Shown: piece after piece, positions 1 through 12,997 of the stretch
Layout of the letters: each line of letters begins with the position of its first letter
Position numbering within the stretch: position 1 is the first letter of the stretch
Assembly (NCBI GenBank): GCA_964270895.1
Contig: OZ185440.1
Source of the DNA: Podarcis filfolensis
Lineage: Eukaryota
DNA: 64,000 nucleotides
Strand: one strand, 5' to 3'
Program-made: the position numbers and the translations under genes
The notes under the pieces: model-generated
What the model was told of the DNA's origin: nothing
What the model saw: only the letters and a program-made list of their open reading frames with translations
The model's database searches: none

Positions 1-201
1 TCAGGTTACCAGACTCCGCTAACCTAGAAATAGTACCTTGGGTTAAGAACTTTGTTTCAGGATGAGAACAGAAATCACGCAGCAGCAGCATGGCAGCAGC
101 GGGAGGCCCCATTAGCTAAAGTGGTGCTTCAGGTTAAGAACAGTTTCAGGTTAAGAACAGACCTCCAGAACAAATTAAGTTCTTAACCCGAGGTACCACT
201 G
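1..201 (-). mobile_element. Tc1/mariner (Tigger-like) ~242-bp MITE, cut by the window edge
   Basis: Ends in the TIR ...cccgaggtaccactg followed by TA (202-203). It is the reverse complement of the copies at 40180, 42241 and 52398. Confidence 0.9.
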
Positions 202-1035
202 TAGTAGATAGGAATCCTCCAATATAACTAAGAAACGTTAACATCGTAACCTCATACATTTCTATTCAGAAGCAAATCCCGCCCTCAGGTTAAGTGGCCA
301 CAAGACTGCAGCCTAAAAGGTAACGGAGCTATCTATGCATTGAAAAAAACCAACATGTAGTTCAGTCCTTTCAGGACTCTTACCATTTCAGAGTGGAGCA
401 AGGATTTGCATGTTTGAATACACTCCCATGTCAAAAACCTTTGCCTGTAGAAAGTTAGCATGCTGTAAATAAAAGAGTTCTTGCATAGCGTCCTGTATCA
501 ATTCCAGTTTTCTGTGCTTAGATACATGTGACAGGGTTGTTTTTAAATGTGGTGGAAACATTCCAACTTGTGATTTCTAACCAAACATCTGAAACAGAGT
601 ACAGGCCAGAAAATATTTTTTTGAACATGAAAGTTCCACAATGCATGCAAGATGAAAGAAGTCATCTTCCCCTCCCACTTGACATTATAAAAAGTTACTG
701 GAATTCTCCACCACAATATGTTTATTATGAGGCAAGCATTTAAATAGTTTCAAGTACATGACCAGCCATATATAGTTTTGAAAACATCCAAATGTTTAAT
801 TTTAGGTGTTTAATTTTAGAAGGAACCAGAAATCCATTGCCAAACAGATGCATAACTTGTCCATAATGTGTTCACAGAGCAGTCAGACAGGGGATGGATT
901 ATGGGAACAGCTCTCTTCCTAACAGCCTTGTTCTATAGTTTCGGTAAAGAGTATTTTTTTCCTGTTGTTCTGACTGTATCTGATGGAAATTCTAAGTGCA
1001 GACAGGGTAGAAGAGCTTTGCTGGATTAACTAATC

Positions 1036-1171
1036 CAGGCTTCCTCAAACTCAGCCCTCCAGATGTTTTTGCCTACAACTCCCATGATCCCTAGCTAGCA
1101 GGACCAGTGGTCAGGGATGATGGGAACTGTAGTCTCAAAAACATCTGGAGGGCTGAGTTTGAGGAAGCCTG
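1036..1171. mobile_element. 136-bp palindromic hAT MITE
   Basis: TIR caggcttcctcaaact...agtttgaggaagcctg; perfect 8-bp TSD aactaatc (1028-1035, 1172-1179); nearly the whole element folds as one hairpin. Confidence 0.9.
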
Positions 1172-2841
1172 AACTAATCCAAAATAAGAAACACTGCAAC
1201 GAAACTGAGACGATCTAGTTGGATAGTGATTTATTATAATCCCTAAACCTACTGTGTCAGCAAACAGATGCTCAGGAAAGCAGATTTTGATTATAGGCCT
1301 ACTGGTGATGTGATAAAAGTTTTGCTGATGCTTGCAGGGACATTTCTTTGCAAGTATAGGAAACACACATCTTTTTTTTGGTATTTTCATATTCCATCAA
1401 TGCTCAGCTCAAAAGAGTCCTGCAATAGCTTACAAAACAAAAAGTGTTTTTCAGAACAGCTAAAAATGACAATAATTCAACAGGATGGTCACTTAGTAAA
1501 AAAAAAGAAAGAAAGACGTCACAGATTTGCATAAATGTACACCTCTTAAGTTATATGGACAGATGCAAAATTAAAAATAACTGTTTTAATTTAAACAGAA
1601 ATACAATGCATCTCACCATTGTGGAAAACACTATGACCTTATATAGAGATCTCAGAGCTTGTTTTTTGGGAAACCTTTTGTGAGCAAGAGCTGGTTGGAC
1701 CCTCACTCATCCCAATTGTGATCTTTCGGCAGGCCACAATAAAGCTGTTACAAACAAGGTGGCCATTTTTTTCAATAGCAGCTCAAAAAAAATCACTATA
1801 ATTTCCTAAAGACTTCTGCTGTGAACAGCAAACAGGACCACTCACAATAGTATGCTTGATGTTCTTGTTAATCTCAGTTTGTATTGATAATTATTAGGGT
1901 CATATATTATCAGTGCTATTTTCTGTCCCTGTTTCTCTGTTGTTTCTCTTAGCTGGAGTCCTAATCTGCAGCTAATTTGTGATGGTTGGTATCTGTACTA
2001 TTCCTCTGTTTTGTAATTGTTATTGTGACAAACGCAAATAAAATCGATCAATTCTATTCTACTCAGTTGGCTCTCCAAATACAGGCCCATTTTTATGGTT
2101 TTTTATCTTTAAAACTGACTTGGACCAGGACAACCTTTCAAATAGGACTGTCCTCTGCAAAGCTGAACACATGACCATTCTACATCTCAACTGTTTCCAC
2201 TTAGTGCCTACTTTATTGATCCAATTTCACACAAAATGGAATGGGCTTCTGCATCAGACGAAATCCACTGAGGGCATTTTGCGCACAACACTGAAAGTGT
2301 ATCTCTGCATTTCCTGTCCCTTTAATGTGAATGTAGAACCAACCTAGGATAAGTCACTTTGTATTCGATTTAAAAGTAGCTCTCCTGCTTTTTATCCCAT
2401 GGGAACCATATACACAGATGGGAACAAACTGCCAGGGAGGTTCAAAGGTCAATTTTAAGGTCATGAGCAAAATAACAAAGCAGCAGTTGTCATATATTCC
2501 CTAAGCCTACTAATTGTGATGATATAGCTGGTTACTGAGATTCGTCTGGCAAGCAGTTGGTGTAGGAGGTTTGTTGTCTCTTCACATAAAAATAAACTGA
2601 AAGTGTATTGTATGAAAGTACAGCATCAGATCTACCCAACAGAAAAGCTCTAGTCAGCACTCAGTTATAATCTGCCAGAATACGGATGTAACAGTCAGAG
2701 GAAAGCATCTGTTCGTAGATTCAAGCTCAAAGTGGGTGAACACTAGAAACTATTCTAACAACACACCTCATATTAATGTGACCATTCAGAATTAAAACAG
2801 CACTTACATAGCTGCAAAAATCAAGCTACTTATTTTAAATA

Positions 2842-3093
2842 CAGTGGACGCTCGGGTTGCAAACGTGATCCATGCAGGATGCACGTTCGCAACCCGCAGC
2901 TTTCGCAACCCGCGTCTGCGCACGCGCGGGTTGCAATTCAGCGCTTCTGCGCATGCACAAAGCACGATTTAGCGCTTCTGTGCATGTACGACCGCCGAAA
3001 CCTGGAAGTAACCCATTCCGGTACTTCCAGGTTTTGGCAGTCCGTAACCCGAAAAAACACAACCCGAAGCGGCTATAACCCGAGGTATGACTG
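2842..3093. mobile_element. Tc1/mariner (Tigger-like) MITE
   Basis: TA on both sides; ends cagtggacgctcgggttg and taacccgaggtatgactg (imperfect TIRs); CpG-rich interior with short repeats. Confidence 0.8.
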
Positions 3094-5174
3094 TACAGTC
3101 AAAGCCAAGTGACTGGCATGTAAAGTACAGTAAATCAGAAGATGAACACAAAGGACTTCTAAATCTCACTGGTTTCTAATTTAAAAACATGCTTCCACCG
3201 AGATCTACTTCAGCAAAATCTAAATCGCATCTTGGCAGGTTGGAAGGCAGCAATGTGCTATTCCATACATGCATGTATGCATGCACTAACATATAGTCTT
3301 TTCATGTGCCCTGTTTTTGTAGCATTCACATGGCATTTCTGCACATTACATAAAAGATATGACTCCACCACTGAAGTCTTGCACCACTCCTCTAAAGAAC
3401 TGCGGCCACTGCTTATAGGTCAGCAGAAAACAAAGCTTTCCACAGTGAAGCTCAACACAGACAGCAGTTTTTAAGTGACTTAATGGTGGTATGAGAAGCT
3501 TTTCTGCTCATGGTGCACTGTACATGAATATTCTTTTGTCCCACTGCTACCAAATAGAAGGTTCCTGGTGCAAATGGATGCTGCTTCCAGCTCGCGACAT
3601 GTCGGGTTGCCAATTTCCACTGGTTGCCCTCCCAACTCTCCCCACCTTGTGGAACAACACAACATACACTCTGCAACATACTGCTCAATCAGTGTCCTCT
3701 GACTTTGTAAGGACTCGCATCACAAATTGGTCAACTGATGTCTATCTGCAGCCTTTCACAGGGTCAAACCATCATTTTCTCTAGCTCAGTCCTGTTTGCT
3801 CTGACTAGCAGTATCCCCCACCCATGTTCATTGGATCATTTAAATGGAGATGCCAAGGATTTAACTAGGAACCTTGAAGATGCAAAGCATGAGTTTTATC
3901 TCTGAGCCTCAGCCATTTCCAAAATAGTGACAGCCCAGAAAAATATTTTTAGTTAGAGACCACGGCTCAGCTGTAAGAAACATCCTTTGCATGCAGGAGG
4001 TCCTAAATTAAATCAATGGCATCTCCAGTTAAAAGGATCTGGTAGTACATTGTGGGAAATACCTTCTGAAACAGGGCCAGGAGGCCGAATCTAGAACTGG
4101 CTGACCCTTCACAGGCCATTCTGTCAGGTGGGCAGAGCCGCTTAACCTGACATTGTATGACACCAGCTGAGTCAAAGTTCAAGCCCTGGGTGCAGGCAAA
4201 GCCTTATCTCTGCTAAGATGGAGATCAGCCTCTTCATGCTCTTTGAGAGTAAAAGGCAGCAGCACAGGTTTGTCTCTGCCCCAAATGGCCATATGGATCA
4301 AATTCAGAGACCTGGAAGGCACGATTAGGCACATGGGCTGCAGGCTCCCCACTACTGCTGCAGAACCATTTCCATCTCCGATAAGCAACACTGGGCTAGA
4401 TGAATAAATGGAACAAGGACAATCCCTAAATTCTAAGCTATATATATCTTTGTGTCATAAGGTCGCAAAGGAAGTTTTCATTCCCAAGAAGCAATATTGT
4501 CCTCCCCGAAGGCAACTGCAACTACAGCTATTGTTTTCTATTAAAGGACAAGAAACAAATGGGTGTTGCCCATGCTCTAGGAAGCGATTGTTCTTCTACG
4601 AAATAGGGTGCATATAATCTGGACAACACATGTAAAAATGTATTGACAAAGCTTATTTTATGCATGCTACTGCTAACTAAATGGCCCTGCTGCATGGAGG
4701 AACACAATGCACCTCTTTTGTGTTAAGAGTCTGAATCTAGTATCCACATGGCAAGAAATTACACTCTGGCACCCCCCTATGGATAACAATAATATGTTGG
4801 GAGAGTTTGTTTTAAAAACGAAACACTGCAGTGCAGCTCCTTTATTTTCCTTCTTTTGAGGAGCTGAGAAACTTGCCAAGGTTGAATCTCCAGCAAAATG
4901 GTTTTGAGTAAGGTGCAAAAATGCCTCATTCTACTTTCAGAACTTTTTAGTAACCGGGGTGCCCCAAATGTCAGCTTTCTGAATTGCCTAGAAATACCTT
5001 TGCCACTTAGGAGTGCAGTTTTTATCTCTCTTCCTTTCCTAGGTTTCTTATCCACTACTTCTTGGGCATCTGCACTAATTGAAGGATATGCAGATCTGTG
5101 AACCTGTGTCTATTTAAAAACCAACCAACCAACCAACCTGTATTGAGAGAGAACTGACTAAACATAATGTTACA

Positions 5175-5375
5175 GATAGGTAGCCGTGTTGGTCTGCCAT
5201 AGTCAAAACAAAAAATTTTTTTTCCTTCCAGTAGCACCTTAAAGACCAACTAAGTTAGTTCTTGGTATGAGCTTTCGTGTGCATGCACACTTCTTCTGAA
5301 GAAGAAAGCTCATACCAAGAACTAACTTAGTTGGTCTTTAAGGTGCTACTGGAAGGAAAAAAAATTTTTTGTTTT
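5175..5375. mobile_element. Penelope-like terminal-repeat inverted pair (hairpin)
   Basis: Perfect 72-bp inverted repeat (5205-5276 / 5304-5375) built from gtagcaccttaaagaccaac...gagctttcgtgtgcatgcacac, a motif I recognise from reptile Penelope-like pseudo-LTRs. A second copy is at 56.8 kb. Confidence 0.7.
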
Positions 5376-6019
5376 AAACATAATGTGATAGTCTTGAACC
5401 AACGAACCGTACACATACTAAATTTTGGAGTTCTAACCCATATCAGATGTACAGTTTAAATAACCCTGTGAGCTAGTCAGGGCAATCAATTACTGAGGCC
5501 CAAGAGTTGCGGTTCTCAAGGGTGTGGTAGGAGAAGATAGAAAGTGAAACGGGAAGATTCAATGACAATCAAATAAATATTTAAAACATTTCAGTATTAG
5601 TATTATCAGTATGGGCTGGATAACAATTATTGTTAAAGCAGTTATTTTATAATTATCCTTTTCCAGAGAATCTGTCCAAGTCCAAAGTGAAGTTTAAGCA
5701 AAGTATCTCACATTTTAATACCAGATAACTTGTTTTCTCTTTTGTATCAATGGGGGGGGGGAGACATCATTCTACTTGTCACACTAGAGGGCAGTGTATT
5801 ACCACAAGGAACATTGCATAAGTGGATCTAGCGACAGCTAAACCACAGCGATTTATGTTCAACCATTTCAGTATAAGTCACTTGTCAATTACTGCCTTGG
5901 TCTGCCATTTTCAGAAGTTTAAATAAGACTGAGCCGTTAAATTGAAAATTAAAACAAACAAACACACACACACACTTGAACGTTTGTGGGTATATACATA
6001 TCCCTTTTTAGATTAATAG

Positions 6020-6500
6020 GGGACTGAGGGGCAGATGGGGCTCATCAACTTGGGAAGGTAGCCCCATCTAGGAGAAGGAAAATTCTGATTCTAAACTTCT
6101 GCTGCCTTGTGGCTATACTTATTTGTGAGACTTTGGGAGTAAACCCTGAGGAAAAACCTGAACCCACTGCCTTGTGGGACATCTTTGGGAGAAGAAAAGG
6201 CTAAGGAGTAAACCCTACACAAACCTGGAGTGCTGTCCCTAAGACAGTTGGATGGTGCCTTGCATGCCGCCTCCTAGCAACTCCTGCAGCCAAGCTGGTG
6301 CCAAACATTCTGCTTTGCTTTTCTTTGGACCACATCGAGACGGGGGGGGGCGGTCTTGTCATCTGGGCAGCCCAGGACCTTTATACACACTCTGTCCAGG
6401 CTTGCACCCTGGACAAGTGGGATGGACAACCATAGCAGTGCTTAAGGCTACCAACATCACAAGGAAAGGGCAGGTAGTAGCAGAAGCATTGTCATGCCTG
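6020..6500 (+). mobile_element. Probable RTE/BovB-type LINE 5' region fragment
   Basis: Contains ggagtaaaccctacacaaa...gcaactcctgcagccaagctggtgccaaac...ctgggcagcccaggacc, recalled from squamate RTE 5' ends. No protein motif seen. Confidence 0.45.
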
Positions 6501-8059
6501 CCTATTAGAGTTGCCATATTCTGAAGACCAAAAAAAGAGGACACATTTGTCAACTTCTACTTTTAACTATGGATCACTATGACAACTCTCATTTTATATA
6601 CTCATGCTTGTTTAAAGTTGTTGCCTCCTAGTTTCCATCATCAGTTACCTTCATGCACTTTAAATATGTGTGGGGAATCTAAATGGTGCAACTGTGGATG
6701 ATGTGCAGATTCCAGAACAGGCATGCATCACTCTAAAGCTTGATAAAATGAAATTTGGATAGGATATCCTTATTACAAGAATGTGATGTTCCTATATTTG
6801 GTTTTAAAAATAAAACAGTGCTTGGTCATGTTCATGTATTTATGTAATTGGTTATTTCTTTATTTTCTAAGGTCACATCCACATCACACATTCAAAGCAC
6901 TCTTATAACACTTTAACAGCCATGGCTTCCTCCAAAAATTCATGGGAACTGAAGTTTGTAAAGGGTGTGAGAACCTTTACAGAGGTACAATTCCCAAACT
7001 GCTCTGAGTACTTACTCTAGAAGAGCAAAATATAAACTACAAATAATTTGAAACAGTTAACAAGGTGTTCTCTACTAAATTTTCAAAGCCATTCGTGATT
7101 CACATGAAGCACCATTCTTAATAGATTTCATATGACCCTCTTTTAAAATCTAGTAATGCCAAAAAGACGAGCTTCAGAAAAAGCCAACCTTCCGTGTCCA
7201 ACAGAGAAACTGTTTCAGTTTATCTTTTTTGGCACAAACATTAATCTGACATGTGGGTGTGTGACCCACAATGGCAAGAAGATTAGTGCCGGTAACCGGT
7301 CACGAGTGCAATCATTGTCCAAAGAACCAATGAGTTGCAAAAATGTGCTTAGCTTTAATTTGGCAAAAGTAATAAAAGCAATTGCTCTCAGTTCTCTCTT
7401 GATTTACCACCCAATAAATGTCACTAGATGAGTACCAATGTTTCCTACAGGGGAGGTCGGCTCTATAAAACACCAGCCTGGGCTGCAAAGCCATGCAGAT
7501 CAATGTTTCCCAAAGGAAATGCAAGGGCAGAACCAACAATGAGTGGCAGGAACTGGGTGGGTGGGTTACGAGGCTGAGGGTGGGTGGTCAATGGGCATCA
7601 GGGACAATTCTTATTTTTATTATTCTTATACAAATTTAGAGACCACTTCACAGCATAAAGCCATCAAAGTTATGTCCACGGTAAAAACAAGAGTACACAA
7701 GCTCTAAGAACAATAAAATCAGTTCAGCAAACTTCGAAACAATAAAACTTTCCATACAAACTCAAAAACAAAAACAAAAACAAAACAATGGGTGGCATTC
7801 AACGTCAAGCTACTGTGATTATTCCATCTGCCCAAGCATTTCAGCTAAACAGAATGTGACATACTGAACAATCCCCACACATACACATATGCTGTTTTAG
7901 GGGTTCTTGTGAACTCCCCCCTCCAAGCCATTTTGGGGTTGGGGGCACAGGGCAGAGAAAGGAACCCCCCTGTTCAAGCAGAAGGTCTTGTAGAAGACCT
8001 CCATGGTGGGGCTCCTTAGGTGAATGCTGCCCAGCTGAACAATTTCATCAGATATTAAA

Positions 8060-8600
8060 CTGATCTTCCATAATGAATGAGTTTCACTTCGCAGGCACCT
8101 AAACATCACTGTCTGATTGCAGCTGATAACTGATTCCAGAGAGCTGGAGCTGCAAACCTAAAAGCTCAGTTTCTAGTATAGGCCAAGTGCACCTATGGAG
8201 AACACGGTACTCTCAGCAGTGGCCCATATGAGGAGTGCAGTTGCTGGCCAGAGACAGAGTAGGCAAGGTGGCCCCTTAGAGATCATGGTCCCAAGTTGTT
8301 TAGGGTTTCAAATGCTAGAAGCAGAAACTTGAACTGCTCCCCATAGCATGTTTGCAGCCAGTGTAGCTCCTCTAGCAGAGGAATGAGTAAACGTAATGTC
8401 AATGGAGCACCACAGTCAACACAACCTAGCTTGCTGCATTCTGAACCAGCTGCAGCTTCCAAGTTAAACCGCAGAGAAGTCCCACACAGAGCAACTGCAT
8501 AATCCAGCCTTGAGAGCACCAATACCAAAATCACAGGGGCCAAGCTATCTCTGTCCAGAATCAATGTGTGAAAGAAAAGCTTAGAACGGAAGGTTCCATC
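8060..8600 (-). mobile_element. L2 LINE ORF2 C-terminus and 3' UTR fragment
   Basis: Minus-strand peptide LDRDSLAPVILVLVLSRLDY...LLEELHWLQ...QFKFLLLAFETLNNLGP resembles the L2 ORF2 end (SRLDYCN...LHWLP...FKVLVL.YKAL.GLGP). Confidence 0.85.
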
Positions 8601-10816
8601 TGAGAAAGAGGGCAAGGCTAACATGTAGTTCTTCTTCAACAAGATACAGAATTCTACCAGTGGGTGTCTTGGGTATTATCACAAGGGACCATATGAACTT
8701 CATGATTGGTTCCTCTCTGCATACAGTTGAAAGTGAATTCAGAACTGTATCATGTTGCAAGGGCTTAACACAACTTTTCCAACCTGTGGACAGTAAATTT
8801 GCAGTCCTCACTTAAGTCTTTCCTTGGTAGTATCATTGTCCCTGTTTTGCTGTTCGGGGGACATTTTGTGGGAGTGACTTTTTAAAATGTTCCTTGCATG
8901 TGCACTAGAGATCTTTAGATTTCAGAAAAAGAAACCTGTTATGATCACTTTACTGGGAGCAGATGCTAGATAAAACCAAAGGCCTTTCTAGTCCAGCATC
9001 TTCTGTTTCCCAGAGTGGTTAACCAGGTGCTTCTGGGAATCCTGCACGCAGGAAACAAGGGCAATAGCATTCCCCTGCTTGTAATTCCTCAACAACTGGC
9101 AATTCGAAGAGTTACATCCCTACAGGTGCTCTGAGCGATGCCAGTGGGAAAACTAAGAACATGCCTTCTGACTGTAATCGCTGGGGAAACTGTAATAAAT
9201 TCCGCAGTTCTATCCCATCAGACAATCCTCCGCCAAGTCATCTATAAAGAACTATTCTTCAAAGCTTGCGCCCAACATCAGTATTTAACAGTAATATTTC
9301 CTTTTAAGGCAGTGATGGGATTCATTCTTCCAGCTTCCTTTCTCCAGATCCATGCACAGCAGAAACAAACCTTCTTCTATGCAAAACAGATTTTCAGTGC
9401 TGACAGTGGGTGAGGAGGGAGGCAATGCCAGAGCGCTTCTGCAAATTTTATTGCAAACGCTCCGGTACTGTTCTCTTCTGCACTCACAGCTGGCACTGTC
9501 TTAGCTGCTCTCCCCCACAGAGACAAGGCATTTAAGCTGCTCATGTGCAGTCTCGGGGAAAGGCAGACGGTGAGGAAATCCTCTAGAAGCCAGTTTGCCT
9601 TTCCATATTATTAAAAACAAAACGAAAAACAAAACCTCTAAGGTGCATCTGACTATTGCTATTATTCTGCCTTATTAAAAAGCATTTCTCTTTCATGAGG
9701 AAATACAGAATTTCTTTCACAGCTCCTTGCAAGCAGCCATCCCAAAGAAGATTGGCCTGTTTTCACTTGGGGAATAAAAGCCCAACTCTAAAAGAGCCAT
9801 TTAACTGTGACCAGTTTCATCAGAGCTCACAGAACAAAGGAAAAGCCCTCGTCATACGGCCACTTCTCAGTACTGAGACTCCAGCAGATCAGTACATTCG
9901 CTTGTTCCCGAGACTGGTTTTGTATAATTAGCAGCCTCCTTTTTTAATCCACAGAATGACCTAATGCATCAATACTTTAGAGGTTATAAAATGCATTCAT
10001 TTGCATTCAGCTATTAACGCTAACACATACGACCTAAAGAACCATTAAGAATGCCTCCTCCCCAAGAATCTATGCAACAACAGGAAAAAATGAGTACGCT
10101 AAAAATATCCCTCCTCACATGTCCCTGAGCAACATTAATTCCTTCTGCTTTCACTCTCCACTGCTGTATCCAAGGCAGAGCTTTAATTTACATCCAAAAA
10201 GCAAGACTAATAATTTGCTTCGGAGACACAGAGAAGCGTTTGTCAAACTAGAGGAAAGCACAGATGATGAAAGGTATTGTTCAAAATGAGACTATAAATA
10301 GAGACTATAAATAGAGTTTAAATGGCCATCATAGCTCGGCACTGTTTATTGCATAGACACATGCAGGCTGTAATTATTTTCTTAAAAACTGGAGAAACTT
10401 TTATCTTCACTCAAATAAGTCTGGCAAGATCACACTTTATCCACTGAAGGCAGATGCCATGACCATTTGCTTAGTAGTAACATAGGACCAGCAAGTTGTT
10501 GCATTGTCCCGCCAAGATGTGGAAGTGAATCTTACCCATATTTCTGTTGCTGATAAGCAACCTGGAAGTGGGCCAGTAGTGGTGGCAAGATTCCTAGGCA
10601 TTTGGCAGGACAACACTAGCTTCTAAAGTGGCTTAATCCTATGAAATGCTACTATGTGATCCTATATCAGGTCGGTGGTGAAAAAGTTGCTTGGTACTAG
10701 TTGTTTTGACTCTTCTGCCATTGTTCTACCACTAACAGAAAATACTGAAGTATTTCTACTAGCGTATAATCTCCATGCAATCTTAAAACAAATTGCAGAA
10801 TGTCCCCGTGCCACAC

Positions 10817-10957
10817 AGAATTGTAAAATCGTAAAGTTGGAAGGGATGCTGAGGATCATATAGTCCAAGCCCCTGAAATGCAGGAATATGCAGCTGCCCA
10901 TACAGGGATTGAACCTGCAACCTTAGAGTTGTCAACACCTGCTATAACCAACTGAGC
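10817..10957 (-). mobile_element. tRNA-headed SINE with CR1-type tail
   Basis: A box GCTCAGTTGG (10957-10948), B box GGTTCAATCCC (10915-10905), then ggactatatgatcc...ccttccaactttacgatt, a CR1-like 3' end. Confidence 0.75.
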
Positions 10958-11139
10958 ATGACACTGCAATCTTTGAGCTGAGTTCATCCTTATCCCTCAT
11001 TTATGGAAACAGGAACCCTAGTCAGAGAAAACTGAGACACAGAATGTTATTGTTTATACCCCACTCATCTGAGCTGGGACCTAGAGAATCTGTATTACAG
11101 GACATCTTCCTATGTTTTGAAATATAAAGACGACTGAGA

Positions 11140-11294
11140 CTGTGTTAAGGTTGTATTTTGTATTGTTTATATATTGTATTTTATTGTTGTTGTTTTTCCT
11201 TTTCTGCTCTATTTTGTCTTTTTCTCTTGCCTTTTTTCTTCTTTTTTCTTATCTTGTAAGTTTTAAAAGTAATAAAGATTATTTAAAAAAAAAA
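11140..11294 (+). mobile_element. L1-like 3' end
   Basis: T-rich 3' UTR, AATAAA at 11271 and an A-tail. Confidence 0.55.
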
Positions 11295-11310
11295 GAGACT
11301 GGCCAATGCA

Positions 11311-11606
11311 GAGGACAGGGGAAAGTTAGTTGAGTATTGGGAATGTATAAGTGATAATGGAATAACGTTAGTGGCATTTAAAGAAGCTCTGTAATAACAT
11401 AAGAAATATTGTAAAAAGGGAAAATAGAAGTGGGGGGTAGGCATAAAGGCAATAGCAAAATTTGGAAATGTGTAATTAAAGAAGATATAATTCGGATGAT
11501 TGGCAGAGAGGCTGAAGGAAGTCAAAAATGGAAAAATTTATAGAAGTTGTAATGTGGTGTGATTTGTATTTTCTTTTGATGGAAAATTAATAAAATATAA
11601 TTATAA
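11311..11606 (+). mobile_element. 5'-truncated L1-like insertion with 20-bp TSD
   Basis: TSD aaaagagactggccaatgca at 11291-11310 and 11607-11626; AATAAA at 11589; short A-tail. Confidence 0.8.
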
Positions 11607-12948
11607 AAAAGAGACTGGCCAATGCAAGAGTTGAACTGATGAGAAATTTAATTTTTATAAGTAAAAAACATTGAAAATGATGAAGTTGGGTTCTTAAACT
11701 TGCAGTACAAATTTGCAAATATTCCTTTGCTTTGAATTCTTTATTCTCACTCTGCTAGTTATGGGAAAGGGGAAAGCGTTTTTCTAGGCCTGCCCTACAA
11801 ACACTAGGAATCCTATTCAGGGAAGTTCTCCCCATCCTACTAGCTATTGCCTTCAAACTTCTGAACAGATCTAAGAGCAGGGAAACCTTGCTTTTAATTT
11901 AAAAAAAATAAATTAAATTAAAAAGTTGAGATACAAGTGACAGCACTGTACCTACTCCTAATTTTTGCACACGTATGGTACAGCTATAGCATCCACACCA
12001 TAGCAGATGCTGCAAAGCTTGCCATGTGCCTGCCCCAAGGTTTATCACTGCAAGAGCTTTTACTCTTCCTGTCATATGCACAGAATTAGTCCCAAAGTGG
12101 GTCAAACTAGGAGGAACTATTGCATAGATATCCTATTAGTTACACTTGAGAAGGCTTCAATAGCTAACTTCCAAACTTGGGTTTGGCCTGGTGGGTCAAA
12201 GTCTGAGACCCTCTGACCTATAGCTTTAAGCAAATGAATAATTTACCCAGACGTCTGTGAAATCCATTGATTGCACATATGCGACTATAAGCCCGTGCAC
12301 ATCCTCTCACGCCCTTGATGTGTCATGAAGACATCATTCATCCATGCTATGGTTCCTGCCTCAGGAAGCTCTACAGAACATTTTTGTGACACCAGCGGGT
12401 TGGAAGGGAACCCATCCCATCTTAATGTATTTGGAATCAGTCTAAACCACATCCTTCAACACCCCTGAACGTAATCTGCCGTGTGTAAGACACAAATTGC
12501 TGCAGTGAGACTTTTCTGCAACCAAGCAGGACTGTTGTCTAACAGTCTGATCTGTTCATGATTACTTGGAATGAGTGGTGCTTACTCCTAAGTAAGTACA
12601 AAGAGCTACAGCTGAAGGCCTATTTTTATGACTAGCTTCTTATCGAAGTTGTTTATTTCTATAAAAAGATTACCGGAAAGGAAGAGGTGAGATAACCAAC
12701 AGACAGCCCAGAATGTGATTTAACTCTGAGCTCAAGGAAAACAAGCAGACTTTGTGCTTCAGTTGCAACTGCATTTCTTGTGCAACTTTAACACAAAACG
12801 AAGGGAGAATAAAAGTTAGTTACTTAAAAAAAAAACACCTGAGCACCCTCAGGATCTGATCGTGCTATTGTTTGACTGTCAACACTAATTCCATCCCATT
12901 CAGAAAGGGAGTTCAAATAACATATGGAACCTTTTTATAATTGTTGGG

Positions 12949-12951
<3 letters not shown>

Positions 12952-12990
<39 letters not shown>
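12952..12990. repeat. (CT)n microsatellite
   Basis: About 19 uninterrupted CT units. Confidence 0.95.

Positions 12991-12997
<7 letters not shown>

Noticed and set aside
5205-5375. Resemblance of the T-shaped hairpin to a parvoviral ITR
   Set aside because: No rep/cap remnants nearby, and the unit is better explained as a Penelope-type terminal repeat with a second copy at 56.8 kb.
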